Assembly: GCA_963662265.2 (NCBI GenBank)
Contig: CAXXHA010000029.1
Coordinates: forward strand, 96,001 to 160,000
Source: Spirochaetia bacterium
Lineage (GTDB): Bacteria; Spirochaetota; Spirochaetia; CADAEX01
Length of the DNA: 64,000 bases
Direction of reading: 5' to 3'
Shown here piece after piece: positions 9,020 to 19,857 of this stretch. Below the pieces are notes generated by a model that was given only the letters and a program-made list of their open reading frames with translations, made no database searches and had not been told where the DNA came from. The stretch's first letter is position 1; every line of letters starts with the position of its first letter. Made by a program: the position numbers and the translations under genes.

Positions 9020-10942
9020 TTATTCAAGAGAATCAAGAGTCTGAAAAACCTGGTTCACATTATCCATCAGGTATTCAGCCTTGGCCGAATGTTCACTCAT
9101 TTGAAATTCTGTTTCTTTTGAATTCTGTACAAGACTGTTTATTGTTTCGTTTATTGAGCTGCTTATATCATTTGCCTTCATCTGCATTGAATTGATGAGT
9201 TCGACTTTATCTTTTAAATCAGTCATAAGGCTGATAATTTCCGTAACGGAATTTTTACTTTCCTTTACATTATATTCAGTTTTGTCTGCAAGTTTTTTAA
9301 CTTCACGGGCAATTACGGAAAATCCTTTTCCTGCAGATCCTGCCCTGGCAGCTTCGATTGACGCGTTGAAGCCGAGAAGATTTATCTGGGCTGCAATATT
9401 AACTATATCAAAAAGTATTTTTTCGATGGAATCTGCACTGCTTCTCAGTTTTTCAAGTTCCTTTGTTATTAAATGACTTTTATTTTTTGAATCATCTATG
9501 CTCTGGTGCAGGTTGATAAAATCGTCATTTATCTGATTGAGTTTGTTGTCATTTTTCTGTGCATTTATTGAAGAGGCTGAAACAAATTTTGTAAGGCTTC
9601 TTATACTGTCCATGCTGTCTATCCAGAGTTTGTCTTTTATTTTATTTATCTGGATAACCTGGTTTATGGAACGCTTAAGAAAAAACTCTTTGAAAGCTGA
9701 ATATTTCTGAATAAAACTGTCAATATATTCATCCCTGAAATTGTTATCAGGCTTAACTTCGTAAAACATCAGTGCTGTAAGAGTCTGGTTTATATTGACT
9801 CCGAGAAGCTCTCCGAATGTGGAAAAACCTGATACCGGAATTTTACTGAAAGTATTTACTCTTGAAAGGCTGCTGCTGTTGAAAAGGCGCCTTAATATAC
9901 AGTCATTGAAGAGCCCCCCCAGCAGAACACCGTCTTTGTTCCTGGAAAAATCTTCAAAATCTCTTTCAATGGAATTTACAAAATCTGTATGCTTTACAAG
10001 AACAAGTTCATCTCCGAAGAAAATATCACAGTAAAAATGTATTTTTCTTTCTTTGAAATCTATATCTGATATTGAACGGACATAAATATCATTGTTGATT
10101 TTAATTGCAAAACTGAAATCATTCAGTTTATTGAGGAGTTCTCCTTCCATGCAGTTGAAATATTGACATAATTCTTTTATTGCATCTGTAATTTCACCTG
10201 TTTTATTATTGATAATGCTTTTAATATAACGCTGAGCAGGATTAGCATGCGCAACTGTAATTTTATATGGTGTTTCCTCGAAATTCTGAGATTTTAATAC
10301 ACCCAGCCTGATATTGTCCTGAAAATTTATAAGTGTTACTACAGCCTTATTCTGGACAGTTTTTTCATTGTTGAAAATATAGGTGTTCTGGAAATCCAGT
10401 TTTCCCCCTGCAGAACCACCTATTGTAAGGCATGGTATTTTTTCAGAATTATACAGAGCTTCCATATAGAAACTTTCACTTCTCGAAAGGCCGTCTATGA
10501 GTGTATATGCGACACAGTGCCTGTAGTCAAGGCTGAAGGAAGGATTGAATGTTTTAAATTCTTTTTCTATTAAAGGTATTCTCCTGTCAGGAGGAAGATC
10601 AGGATCAAAAAGATCAATTGTATGTATATCTGTGTCTTTTATTATTTTATCAGTAAAACACTGAAGTACTATTGTTTTCCTGTTTTCATCTGCAACGTGA
10701 TAAAGTTTTAAAGGTTCAGACCTGTTAAAGCTGCATAGCTCTCCTGCTGTTGATGTGAGTATTATTTTACTGCTGCCGGCCAGTGTTTTAAGTTTATAGG
10801 CCGTATCTGAGAAATCAAGATCAGGAGATAAAAATCCTATTACAAGCTTTACATTATCCGGAATAATACTGTTTGCTGTATCCGAATTTAAATCATCTAG
10901 ATTAAGCTTAATGTTGATAATGTGGGAATTCTGATTATCCAT
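9020..10942 (-). CDS. Soluble methyl-accepting chemotaxis protein with N-terminal FIST (NosP-type) domains
   Basis: FIST motifs STAGEL, LIDGLS, GGSAG, DCILRR, GFSTFGE; MCP signature QINLLGFNASIEAARAG..GKGFSVIAREVKKLA; no TM helices. Confidence 0.9.
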   Translation of the reverse strand: MDNQNSHIINIKLNLDDLNSDTANSIIPDNVKLVIGFLSPDLDFSDTAYKLKTLAGSSKIILTSTAGELCSFNRSEPLKLYHVADENRKTIVLQCFTDKIIKDTDIHTIDLFDPDLPPDRRIPLIEKEFKTFNPSFSLDYRHCVAYTLIDGLSRSESFYMEALYNSEKIPCLTIGGSAGGKLDFQNTYIFNNEKTVQNKAVVTLINFQDNIRLGVLKSQNFEETPYKITVAHANPAQRYIKSIINNKTGEITDAIKELCQYFNCMEGELLNKLNDFSFAIKINNDIYVRSISDIDFKERKIHFYCDIFFGDELVLVKHTDFVNSIERDFEDFSRNKDGVLLGGLFNDCILRRLFNSSSLSRVNTFSKIPVSGFSTFGELLGVNINQTLTALMFYEVKPDNNFRDEYIDSFIQKYSAFKEFFLKRSINQVIQINKIKDKLWIDSMDSIRSLTKFVSASSINAQKNDNKLNQINDDFINLHQSIDDSKNKSHLITKELEKLRSSADSIEKILFDIVNIAAQINLLGFNASIEAARAGSAGKGFSVIAREVKKLADKTEYNVKESKNSVTEIISLMTDLKDKVELINSMQMKANDISSSINETINSLVQNSKETEFQMSEHSAKAEYLMDNVNQVFQTLDSLE

Positions 10943-11139
10943 AATAAAACCTTTTTAAGTACAAAAATTATATCACAGCAGTTTTATTTCAGCAGCCGCA
11001 AATATAGTCTAAATATCGATTCAAAATAATGTCATAAAATAATGGTTTAATATTCAACAACATAAATAAACCTGAGATTATAACAATACTATACAATATA
11101 GATAAAATACAGTTTTTTTTGAAAGAAAGTTATGGGAAA

Positions 11140-13107
11140 TCAGCTAAGCTGTTTGATTACATCTTTTCTTGTTTTTTCTATTAAATCCCTGTCTTTGAAT
11201 ATATCTGCAATTTTAAAATCAAGAAAACCTGTCTGCCTTGTTCCTGTGACTTCACCTGGACCTCTAAGCTTTAAATCCTCTTCAGCAATAATGAAACCGT
11301 CATTGTTTTCTTTTATGATTTTAAGTCTTCTCGCAGATATTTCTGAAAGATTCCTGTCAAAAACCAGAAATGCGTACGATTTGTAAGTACTTCTTCCGAT
11401 TCTCCCCCTGAGCTGATGAAGTGATGAAAGGCCGAAACGTTCTGCATGTTCTATGACCATGCAGGTAGCTTTTTTGACATCAACACCAACCTCGACAACA
11501 CTGGTTGCTACCAGGACTTTTATCTCTCCACAGGAAAAAAGCTCCATTGTTTTTTCCTTTTCATCTTCAGGGATACGGGAATGGATAAGTGCGCATCTGT
11601 ATTGAGGAAAAATATTTTCAGATATATCTCTGTACATGGTTTCAGCATCCTTGAGATCAAGTTTTTCAGATTCCCCGATAAGAGGATAAACAAAATATGC
11701 CTGGAACCCCGAATCAAGTTCGTTTTTCACGAAATCATATACCTTGTACATGTTTTCACTGTAAGCGCTGTGTGTTTTTACAGGGACACGGCCGGACGGC
11801 ATTGTCCTGATAGTCGAAATATCCATGTCACCCATTATTGTTATTTCAAGAGTTCTGGGGATGGGGGTGGCACTCATCATTATTGTATCAATATTCCTGC
11901 CCTTTCTGAAAAGCCTTTCCCTCTGCTTAACACCGAATTTATGTTCCTCGTCGACAATAGCAAGGGCCAGGTTTTTGAATTTTACAGGAGAGGAGAGAAG
12001 TGCATGGGTACCGATTATTAAATTAACCTCTCCCGTTTCCAGTGATTCCAGCAGAAGCTTTCTTTTTCCTGCAGGTATTTTCCCGCTGAGGAAAGCTATG
12101 TTAATCCCTGTACCTTCAAAAAGCCTTGCAGCATTCATACTGTGCTGTTTTGCAAGAAGCTCGGTTGGTGCCATGAATGCAGCCTGGTAACCTGATTCAA
12201 TATAGGGGAGTGCTGCAAGGAGCCCTGCGAGAGTCTTACCGCAGCCAGTGTCCCCCTGTATTATTCTTGACATGCAGGTGTCAGATATTGAGTCTTTATA
12301 AATTTCCTCTATGACATTTACCTGATCTTCAGTCAGTTTGAAGGGGAGGGAATCTGTAATTTTTTTCTGAAGTTCCCGGGGCAGTTTCCTTGGTTTTCTC
12401 TTAGTTTTTTCCCTTTGAAGCCTGTTTTTTATAACAGATTCCTGAAAGATGTAAAGCTCCTCATACTTAAGAGTTTTTAGAGCTTTATCAAGAATCTCTT
12501 CAGATTCAGGGAAATGGATATTTAAAATTGCTTCATTCTTATCAAGAAGATTGTTTTCCTTTATAAGGCTGGAAGGAAGATAATTGCTGCTGTATTTCCC
12601 GTATATTTCAAGTGCTGATGCAGCAGCTTTTCTCATGAAATTCTGCGAGAGGTTTGAAGTGAGCGGATAAACAGGAAGAATGGTGTTGAATTTGGAAGGT
12701 TTCTGCGAAAAAGGTTCATAATCGAAATTTGAGCTCTGTATTTCGTTGTACCTGACAGTAAATGTTCCGTGAACAAAGAATTTTTTCCCGATAAGGAGGG
12801 AGTTTGAAAGAAAACTTCTTCCGAAGCAGATCAGATATGCTGTTGCGCTCTGGTCTTTTATTTCAACTTTCAGAGTCCTGTTTTTACCGAAACCGAAATA
12901 CTGATGATCAGTTACTTCACATACAGTGTTCAGTTCGAGTACTTGGTTTTCTGATAGTACAACCTCTTTAAGATGTGTAAACCTGTTTCTGAATTCATAT
13001 TTCCTGGGATAGTAGGAGAGAATATCTTCTGCAGAAGTTATTCCTGCTTCTTTCAGGTTTCTGGCAGAAGCAGGACCAATCCCTTTAAGGTTTTTTAAAG
13101 AGGACAT
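11140..13107 (-). CDS. recG: ATP-dependent DNA helicase RecG
   Basis: LKGIGP N-terminus, QGDTGCGKT, APTELLA, DEEHKFG, MSATPIPRT, HQLRGRIGR, LRGPGE. Confidence 0.97.
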   Translation of the reverse strand: MSSLKNLKGIGPASARNLKEAGITSAEDILSYYPRKYEFRNRFTHLKEVVLSENQVLELNTVCEVTDHQYFGFGKNRTLKVEIKDQSATAYLICFGRSFLSNSLLIGKKFFVHGTFTVRYNEIQSSNFDYEPFSQKPSKFNTILPVYPLTSNLSQNFMRKAAASALEIYGKYSSNYLPSSLIKENNLLDKNEAILNIHFPESEEILDKALKTLKYEELYIFQESVIKNRLQREKTKRKPRKLPRELQKKITDSLPFKLTEDQVNVIEEIYKDSISDTCMSRIIQGDTGCGKTLAGLLAALPYIESGYQAAFMAPTELLAKQHSMNAARLFEGTGINIAFLSGKIPAGKRKLLLESLETGEVNLIIGTHALLSSPVKFKNLALAIVDEEHKFGVKQRERLFRKGRNIDTIMMSATPIPRTLEITIMGDMDISTIRTMPSGRVPVKTHSAYSENMYKVYDFVKNELDSGFQAYFVYPLIGESEKLDLKDAETMYRDISENIFPQYRCALIHSRIPEDEKEKTMELFSCGEIKVLVATSVVEVGVDVKKATCMVIEHAERFGLSSLHQLRGRIGRSTYKSYAFLVFDRNLSEISARRLKIIKENNDGFIIAEEDLKLRGPGEVTGTRQTGFLDFKIADIFKDRDLIEKTRKDVIKQLS

Positions 13108-13115
13108 TTATTTAA

Positions 13116-13703
13116 CTAGAAAGGGAGCTTTGGAAGATATTCGATTATATATTTCATAATAAAGCTTCCTGCAAGTTTTACAGCTATCATTTCCGCGCAT
13201 AATATCATTAAGTTTGTCTGGTAGCCTGTCGCTGCATTTTTTACAAAGAGGGCAGCTGCCTTTGATGCCAGGGGCACAAGAATGGAATCAAGGCCGCTTG
13301 CAAACGGAGAAAAAGTATTTGTGCTTACAAGAAGCATTATAAGCCTGATAAAAATGAATATAATGAAAAAAGTAAGAAGTGATGAGAAAGCATGCCAGAC
13401 TGATGACAGGATAACACCAAGTATGATGCCCACTGTAATTCTGCCGTAGCTTCCTATCATGTTGAGAATATTGCTTGCTATTACAAGAACTGTAATTGCG
13501 ACAATTGGTGAAAAATCCACCTGCCCGAGTCTCAGATTCAGTTTTCTGAAATAATTCAGATAAGGATCGCAGACTTTTGCCAGAAAATTCCTGGGATCAT
13601 TTGCATATTGTGTTGAAAACCAGGTCATGACAATTCTTATTATGATAAGAAGCATATAAATTGAAATTGTTCCGCTCAGAAGATCTGTAATGTTTTTAGC
13701 CAT
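13116..13703 (-). CDS. YggT family membrane protein
   Basis: 'IRIVMTWF...CDPYLNYFRK...VDFSPIVA' YggT motif, duplicated domain. Confidence 0.85.
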   Translation of the reverse strand: MAKNITDLLSGTISIYMLLIIIRIVMTWFSTQYANDPRNFLAKVCDPYLNYFRKLNLRLGQVDFSPIVAITVLVIASNILNMIGSYGRITVGIILGVILSSVWHAFSSLLTFFIIFIFIRLIMLLVSTNTFSPFASGLDSILVPLASKAAALFVKNAATGYQTNLMILCAEMIAVKLAGSFIMKYIIEYLPKLPF

Positions 13704-13724
13704 TATTTACCTCATATTTATTAT

Positions 13725-16700
13725 TTATTCTTTCCATACAGAGCTTATAAAATTGTATTTCTGCTCTGCTGCTCTGATAACTTCATCAGAAGATGAAAGG
13801 TTAAGCTGTGTAGGTGTTCTAAGGACAGTTATTTTTTTACCCTCTTTGACATGTATAAATGTTGTGCAGGGGCCTGAATTCTCAAGCAGAAAAGATTTGA
13901 ACGAATCAAGGTTTTCCTGATTAAAGCTGCCGTCGAAGGCAAAATGTACTTCCTTGAAAGTTGCTTCCTTCATATCATCCGGGTTTATAACATCTTCACA
14001 AAGAAGTTTAGGTTCATGACTTCTCTTGTCAGCTTTTACAGTGAAGCCAAGCACCTTGTCCTCTTCCAGAAGATATCTGAACCTTGACCAGGTATGGGAA
14101 AAAAATACTACAGTGATTTCACCCTCGAAAGTTTCAATAACTATGGTACCCATCTGTTTGCCGGCTTTTGTAGTAAATTCCCTGATTGTTTTTATCGCCC
14201 CCAGAACAGTATATTTCTTATCTGCCGATGCTTTTTCAAATTCATTGACTTTAAGAGTAACACATCTGTCGCATATTTTCTTATAGTTTTTTAAGGGATG
14301 ACCTGAAAAATAGAAGCCGAGGTTTTCCTTCTCGAAATTGAGAAGTTCCTTTTCCGGCCACTCAGGAACATGTTCAAGTTCAACCTCCGGAAGTTCCTCG
14401 TTGTTTTCCCCCCCGAAAAGGGAAGTCTGTCCGAATTTCCTGCTCTCCTGTTCCCTTGATGCGCTTTCCACCAGTAGATCAAGGTTGTGAAAAAGGAGTG
14501 CTCTTCCAGGCTCGATACTGTCAAAAAGTCCTGATTTAATCAGTGTTTCAAGAACTTTTTTATTCACCACTCTAAGGTCTGATCTGTCCAGAAGGTCTTT
14601 GAGATTTTTAAAGTCTCCACCCTCATTTTTTTCCCTTACTATTTCATCTACAGCAGCCGAACCCACATTTTTTATACCTATAAGACCGTAGACAATTCTG
14701 CCCTCTGAAACAGTAAAATATTTTTCAGAAAGGTTTATATCTGGCGGAAGCATCTCTATTCCCATCTGCTTTGCTTCCGCTATATATTCTGCCATTTTCT
14801 CTGTATCCCTGATCTCATTTGTCAGGTTGGCAGCCATAAATTCTGCAGGGTAGTTGGCTTTCAGGTATGCAGTCTGGTATGCAAGTACAGAATATGCTGC
14901 TGCATGCGATTTATTGAAACCGTAGCCTGCAAACGGCTCAAGCATGTCAAAGATATCAGATGCATGTTTTTCATTATATCCCTTTTCAACAGCACCTTTC
15001 AGGAATTCGATTTTCATCTTTTCCATTTCCTTGACTTTTTTCTTACCCATTGCACGCCTCAGGATATCTGCTTTACCGAGTGAAAATCCCCCGATAATCT
15101 GGGCAACTTTCATTACCTGTTCCTGGTATACAATGACTCCGTATGTAGGTTTAAGAACTTCTTCAAGTGATGGGTCCGGATATTTGATTTTTGACGGATC
15201 TTTCTTTGATTCAATAAACTGGGGAATATTTGCCATCGGGCCCGGTCTGTAGAGTGCATTCAATGCAATGAGGTCCTCAATACTTTCAGGCTGGGCATCT
15301 TTCAGGATTTTCTGCATACCTGCACTTTCAAACTGGAATATACAGGCGCTTTTTCCCTCTCCCAGCATCTTGAATGTCGCTTCATCATCTTCAGGGATTT
15401 TTGAAATATCAAAATCTATTCCCCGTTTTTTAATCAGGTTTTCTGTATTTTTGATAAGGGTCAGAGTCTTCAGTCCCAGAAAGTCCATCTTGACAAGGCC
15501 GCAGTCTTCGAGAAGGTCCATTGTAAACTGTGTTGATACAGCACCTGTCTTGGGATCCTTGTAGAGGGGAACATACTTTGTAAGCTCTTCCTTACCTATT
15601 ACAATACCTGCCGCATGAAGGGATGAGTGCCTGTTGAGGCCTTCAAGATATTTTGAAATAGTTATCAGCTTCTCATAGACTCCGCCTCTCTGAATAATCT
15701 TCTGAAGCTCCTCTTCCTGTTCTATAGCATCCTTGAGCTTCTTAACGTCAGGGGGAACCATTTTCGTTATTGCATTTGATTCATCAAAAGGAATATCAAG
15801 AACCCTTGCAACATCCTTCAGTACAGCCTTTGTCTTCAATGTACCGAATGTTATAATCTGGCCGACACGCTCTGAGCCGTATTTACGTGTTACATAATCA
15901 ATGACTTCCTGTCTTCTTTCGAAGCAGAAGTCGATATCAAAGTCAGGCATGCTGACTCTTTCTGGATTCAGGAATCTCTCGAAAAGAAGATCATATTTGA
16001 ACGGATCAATATCTGTGATAGTCATGGCATAGGCTATAAGAGATCCTGCACCTGAACCTCTTCCCGGTCCTACCGGTATATCATGTTCTTTTGCCCAGTG
16101 GATAAAGTCCCATACAATAAGGAAATACCCTGTGAATCCCATTGAAATAATAATATCAAGTTCGAATTCAGCCCGCTTTTCTATTTTCCCGGTTATTTCA
16201 CCGTACCTGTCCTTGAGACCTTCATAGGTGATATGCCTGAGGTATTCATCCGGATCTGCAAACTGCTCAGGAATGTCGAAATCGGGAAGAAGGGGCCCCG
16301 GAAGCTCAATTTCAAGTTCACAAAGCTCTGCAACCCTGTTGGTATTTTCAATTGCCTCCGGTACATGGCTGAAAATTGACATCATTGTGTCGGGATCTTT
16401 CATGTAAAACTCTTTCTTATCAAAGACTAGCCGTCCTGAATCTGTGAGTTTTTTCTGAGTACCGATACATATCAGTATTTCCTGTGCTTCAGCTTCCTCT
16501 TTTGTAATGTAATGAATATCATTTGTGGCAATTAGAGGAATTCCTGTTTTTTCTGATATTCTTATAAGCCCCTCATTTGCTATTTTCTGCTCAGGAATAC
16601 CGTGGTCCTGAAGTTCCAGGTAGTAATGGTCTTTTCCGAAAAGCTCCTGGTATTCGAGAGCTTTTTTCTCAGCCTCATCCTCCTTGCCCTGAATAACAAG

Positions 16701-17138
16701 CTGGGGAATAAGCCCTGCAATACATGCTGATGAACAGATAAGTCCCTCTGAATGCTTCTTCATTGTATCGAAGTCGATTCTGGGTTTGTAGTAGAAACCG
16801 TCTGTAAATGCAATTGAAGCAAGCTTCATGAGGTTTGAATAGCCGGTACTGTTTTTAGCTATGAGAATCAGGTGATGGTATTTGTTTCCTTTTTCATTGC
16901 CGCTTTTTACAAGCATGGAACCGGGCGCAACATAGAATTCACATCCTATAATAGGTTTAATACCTTTCTTTTTGCATTCCATATAGAAACGGAGTACACC
17001 GAACATGTTGCCGTGGTCTGTTATAGCAAGAGCTTTCATTCCCTGCTCGACAGCAGTATCCACAAGTCTTGGAATGTTTGCCGCGCCGTCGAGTAATGAA
17101 AAGTCTGTATGATTGTGTAGATGAACGAAATCTGTCAT
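13725..17138 (-). CDS. dnaE: DNA polymerase III alpha subunit
   Basis: FVHLHNHTDFSLLDG PHP domain, GPGRGSGAGS, MPDFDIDF, FAGYGFNKSH; no intein. Confidence 0.98.
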   Translation of the reverse strand: MTDFVHLHNHTDFSLLDGAANIPRLVDTAVEQGMKALAITDHGNMFGVLRFYMECKKKGIKPIIGCEFYVAPGSMLVKSGNEKGNKYHHLILIAKNSTGYSNLMKLASIAFTDGFYYKPRIDFDTMKKHSEGLICSSACIAGLIPQLVIQGKEDEAEKKALEYQELFGKDHYYLELQDHGIPEQKIANEGLIRISEKTGIPLIATNDIHYITKEEAEAQEILICIGTQKKLTDSGRLVFDKKEFYMKDPDTMMSIFSHVPEAIENTNRVAELCELEIELPGPLLPDFDIPEQFADPDEYLRHITYEGLKDRYGEITGKIEKRAEFELDIIISMGFTGYFLIVWDFIHWAKEHDIPVGPGRGSGAGSLIAYAMTITDIDPFKYDLLFERFLNPERVSMPDFDIDFCFERRQEVIDYVTRKYGSERVGQIITFGTLKTKAVLKDVARVLDIPFDESNAITKMVPPDVKKLKDAIEQEEELQKIIQRGGVYEKLITISKYLEGLNRHSSLHAAGIVIGKEELTKYVPLYKDPKTGAVSTQFTMDLLEDCGLVKMDFLGLKTLTLIKNTENLIKKRGIDFDISKIPEDDEATFKMLGEGKSACIFQFESAGMQKILKDAQPESIEDLIALNALYRPGPMANIPQFIESKKDPSKIKYPDPSLEEVLKPTYGVIVYQEQVMKVAQIIGGFSLGKADILRRAMGKKKVKEMEKMKIEFLKGAVEKGYNEKHASDIFDMLEPFAGYGFNKSHAAAYSVLAYQTAYLKANYPAEFMAANLTNEIRDTEKMAEYIAEAKQMGIEMLPPDINLSEKYFTVSEGRIVYGLIGIKNVGSAAVDEIVREKNEGGDFKNLKDLLDRSDLRVVNKKVLETLIKSGLFDSIEPGRALLFHNLDLLVESASREQESRKFGQTSLFGGENNEELPEVELEHVPEWPEKELLNFEKENLGFYFSGHPLKNYKKICDRCVTLKVNEFEKASADKKYTVLGAIKTIREFTTKAGKQMGTIVIETFEGEITVVFFSHTWSRFRYLLEEDKVLGFTVKADKRSHEPKLLCEDVINPDDMKEATFKEVHFAFDGSFNQENLDSFKSFLLENSGPCTTFIHVKEGKKITVLRTPTQLNLSSSDEVIRAAEQKYNFISSVWKE

Positions 17139-17420
17139 TGTTTTCCTTTTAATACTGATTAAATATAACTTATTTCAAATATACTTGTAAACTGATTTCC
17201 TGCATTTGAATGTCTGATATGGAACCTTAATGCTGAAAACATTTTAAAGCTGATTGATATGCTTTTGGTTAAACATTGAAATACCTGTAAAGTATTAACT
17301 GCTTGTTAAATCTTTTTCCTGCTGGTATTATTAAATATTTGATACAGAGATAAAAAAACTTGCCAATTATTTATACAGCAGACTGGTAATTCAGTGCTGC
17401 ACTGTATTACAGGAGAAAAA

Positions 17421-17765
17421 ATGCTTCAGCTTATCGGACGACAGAAATGTAAAAATACAAAAAAAGCGGAAAGATTCCTCAAGGAAAGAAATATAGATTT
17501 CCACTTTCTTGATTTAAACAGGAAGGAGCTTTCCGCTGGTGAACTCAGAAATATATGCAGATTTATCGATCCTGAAGATCTTATTAACAAGGAATCGCCG
17601 GAATACAGGAAAAAAGGGTATGAATACATGGAGTATGATGCTTCAGAAGAGATTCTTGAGAACCAGAAGCTTATCAGGACACCTGTTTTAAGAACAGATT
17701 TCGGAGCATTTGCAGGATTTTCAGAGAGTGAATATAAAAAAATAGCAGAAAAGGTTAAAAAATGA
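17421..17765 (+). CDS. ArsC/Spx (YffB-like) family thioredoxin-fold protein
   Basis: AGGAG before ATG 17421; 'KCKNTKKAERFLKER' and 'LIRTPVLR' motifs; CxxT rather than CxxC at the active site. Confidence 0.85.
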   Translation: MLQLIGRQKCKNTKKAERFLKERNIDFHFLDLNRKELSAGELRNICRFIDPEDLINKESPEYRKKGYEYMEYDASEEILENQKLIRTPVLRTDFGAFAGFSESEYKKIAEKVKK

Positions 17766-19030
17766 GAAATGAAAAGAACATCCCGTATATTGATTCTGAA
17801 ATAGGAAAGCTTGAAGAAGTTATTATTCATTCGCCTGGGGAAGAAATAGAGGTAATGACTCCGCAGACAGCGGAAAAACTGCTTTACAATGATATTCTTC
17901 CGCTTTTAGTTGTGGAGAAAGAGCATAATGTTCTTAAAGATTTTCTTAAGACTATTTCAAATGTGGTAGATGTGCGTGATGTTCTCTGTTCCCTTTCTGA
18001 AAACAAAGAGGCAAGAAAAACAATAATTGATGGAATAGAGGGAGGCAGTTCGCTTCCTGCAAGGCTTGATGAGCTTGAAGGGCTTGAATCTGATGAATTC
18101 TGCAGGATCCTTATAGAGGGGCTTAAAAGCAGAAAATCAACATTGAGTTCATTTCTGTCTGAGGAGGAATTTGATTATTTTCCTCTGCCTAACCTGTATT
18201 TTACAAGAGATTCTGCCATGGTTTTCAGGAACCTCGGTATTGCTGGTACCATGGCATACAAGGTCAGAAAATCTGAAAGCCTTCTGATGAAAACTATTTT
18301 CAGCAGTTACTACAAGCTTCCTGAAGAGCGAATCCTTTTCTACAATAATTCACTTATGGATAAGAAGGTTTCACTTGAGGGGGGAGATTTCCTGGTTTTT
18401 AACAGAAACACCCTTATAATAGGATTATCTGAAAGAACAAGTCCCGATGCTGTGGATCTTCTCCTTGAAAGACTTAAAAAGAAAATAGATGAACATATTA
18501 CTGTTTACTGCGTAATACTGCCCCGGAAGAGGGCAACAATACACCTTGATATGGTTTTTAATATAATCAACAGGAATGAAGTTCTTGTATATGAACCCTA
18601 TATATGCGGAGTTAATAAGCTCAGGTTTATAAAAATCACAACCGGAAGTTCGGGAAGCATAAAAATTAAAGAGATAGACAGCCTTCTGGGCGACCTTGAA
18701 AAGTCGGGATACATAATGAATCCTGTTTTCTGCGGAGGAGAAGATCCTATAAGACAGCAGCGTGAACAGTGGATGAGCGGAAATAACTTTTTCGCGTTTG
18801 AGCCCGGGAAAATAATAGGTTATGACTGTAATGCCGCTACACTGGAATCTCTTGAAAAATCGGGATATGCTGTGAAACCTGCTGAAATATTTATTGACGG
18901 CAGGGACAGTACTGATAACTACAGCAAGCTTGCAGTTACAATACCTGGTACAGAACTTGCCAGAGGCGGGGGCGGAGTCAGGTGTATGACAATGCCGGTA
19001 AGAAGGTCTCGAATTGACAGTATGGGATAG
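17762..19030 (+). CDS. arcA: Arginine deiminase
   Basis: SEIGKL..VIIHSPGEE, PNLYFTRD, LEGGD, HLD, ELARGGGGVRCMTMP (catalytic Cys). Confidence 0.9.
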   Translation: MRNEKNIPYIDSEIGKLEEVIIHSPGEEIEVMTPQTAEKLLYNDILPLLVVEKEHNVLKDFLKTISNVVDVRDVLCSLSENKEARKTIIDGIEGGSSLPARLDELEGLESDEFCRILIEGLKSRKSTLSSFLSEEEFDYFPLPNLYFTRDSAMVFRNLGIAGTMAYKVRKSESLLMKTIFSSYYKLPEERILFYNNSLMDKKVSLEGGDFLVFNRNTLIIGLSERTSPDAVDLLLERLKKKIDEHITVYCVILPRKRATIHLDMVFNIINRNEVLVYEPYICGVNKLRFIKITTGSSGSIKIKEIDSLLGDLEKSGYIMNPVFCGGEDPIRQQREQWMSGNNFFAFEPGKIIGYDCNAATLESLEKSGYAVKPAEIFIDGRDSTDNYSKLAVTIPGTELARGGGGVRCMTMPVRRSRIDSMG

Positions 19031-19043
19031 GTTTTAATTTATA

Positions 19044-19847
19044 ATGATCAGATATGCAGTGTTAGGCAGCGGTTCATCGGCAAATTCATATATAATTCAG
19101 TATGAACCATCGTTGGATAAAGAGACTACAATTACTGTTGTAATTGATAACGGTTTTTCTCTTCGTGAATTTACAAGAAGATCTGAATCAGCAGGATTCA
19201 ATCCTGCTGATATTGATTTTCTGTTCCTGACCCATGATCATGCAGATCATATAAAGGGGATAGGAAAGCTTTCGGAAAAATACAGAATACCTGTTGTAAT
19301 GAGCAGGGAAGCATCACTTAGCAATTCACATCTTGAAAGAATCCATGAATCGCTTGTTGTTGAAGAGGGAAGGGAATATTCCTACAACAGTCTTAATTTT
19401 TCCGTGTTCAGGACATTTCATGACTCAGCCGGTTCTGTTGGATACAGTTTCAACATACAGGGGAAAATATTTACAATAATCACAGATACAGGTGTGATAA
19501 CAGAAGAGATGGAAAAACATGCCTCTGTTTCCGATGTTCTTTTCCTGGAGGCAAACTACTGCCCTGATATGCTTGAAAACGGACCATATCCATGGTTTCT
19601 TAAAAACAGGATAGCCTCAGACCACGGGCATCTTTCAAACAATGATGCTGTTGAATTTATCGAAAAACTTCACAGTACAGAAAAAAAGGACAGGAAGATA
19701 TATCTCTGCCATCTATCAGATAAAAACAACTGCCCTGATAAGCTTGAATCACTTGTAAGAGAACGGTTAGGCGGAAATCCTGAAATTGACTGCAGAATAT
19801 GCAGAAAAGGGGAGACTGTGGAGGGTATTCCTGTTAAAATTAAATAA
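19044..19847 (+). CDS. MBL-fold metallo-hydrolase (YycJ/WalJ-like)
   Basis: LGSGSSAN, THDHADH, TDTG, EANY, GHLSN, LCHLS. Confidence 0.9.
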   Translation: MIRYAVLGSGSSANSYIIQYEPSLDKETTITVVIDNGFSLREFTRRSESAGFNPADIDFLFLTHDHADHIKGIGKLSEKYRIPVVMSREASLSNSHLERIHESLVVEEGREYSYNSLNFSVFRTFHDSAGSVGYSFNIQGKIFTIITDTGVITEEMEKHASVSDVLFLEANYCPDMLENGPYPWFLKNRIASDHGHLSNNDAVEFIEKLHSTEKKDRKIYLCHLSDKNNCPDKLESLVRERLGGNPEIDCRICRKGETVEGIPVKIK

Positions 19848-19857
19848 GGGGGATATG

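Noticed and set aside
13725-17138. Intein or split in DnaE
   Set aside because: Normal length and continuous motifs; no intein signatures
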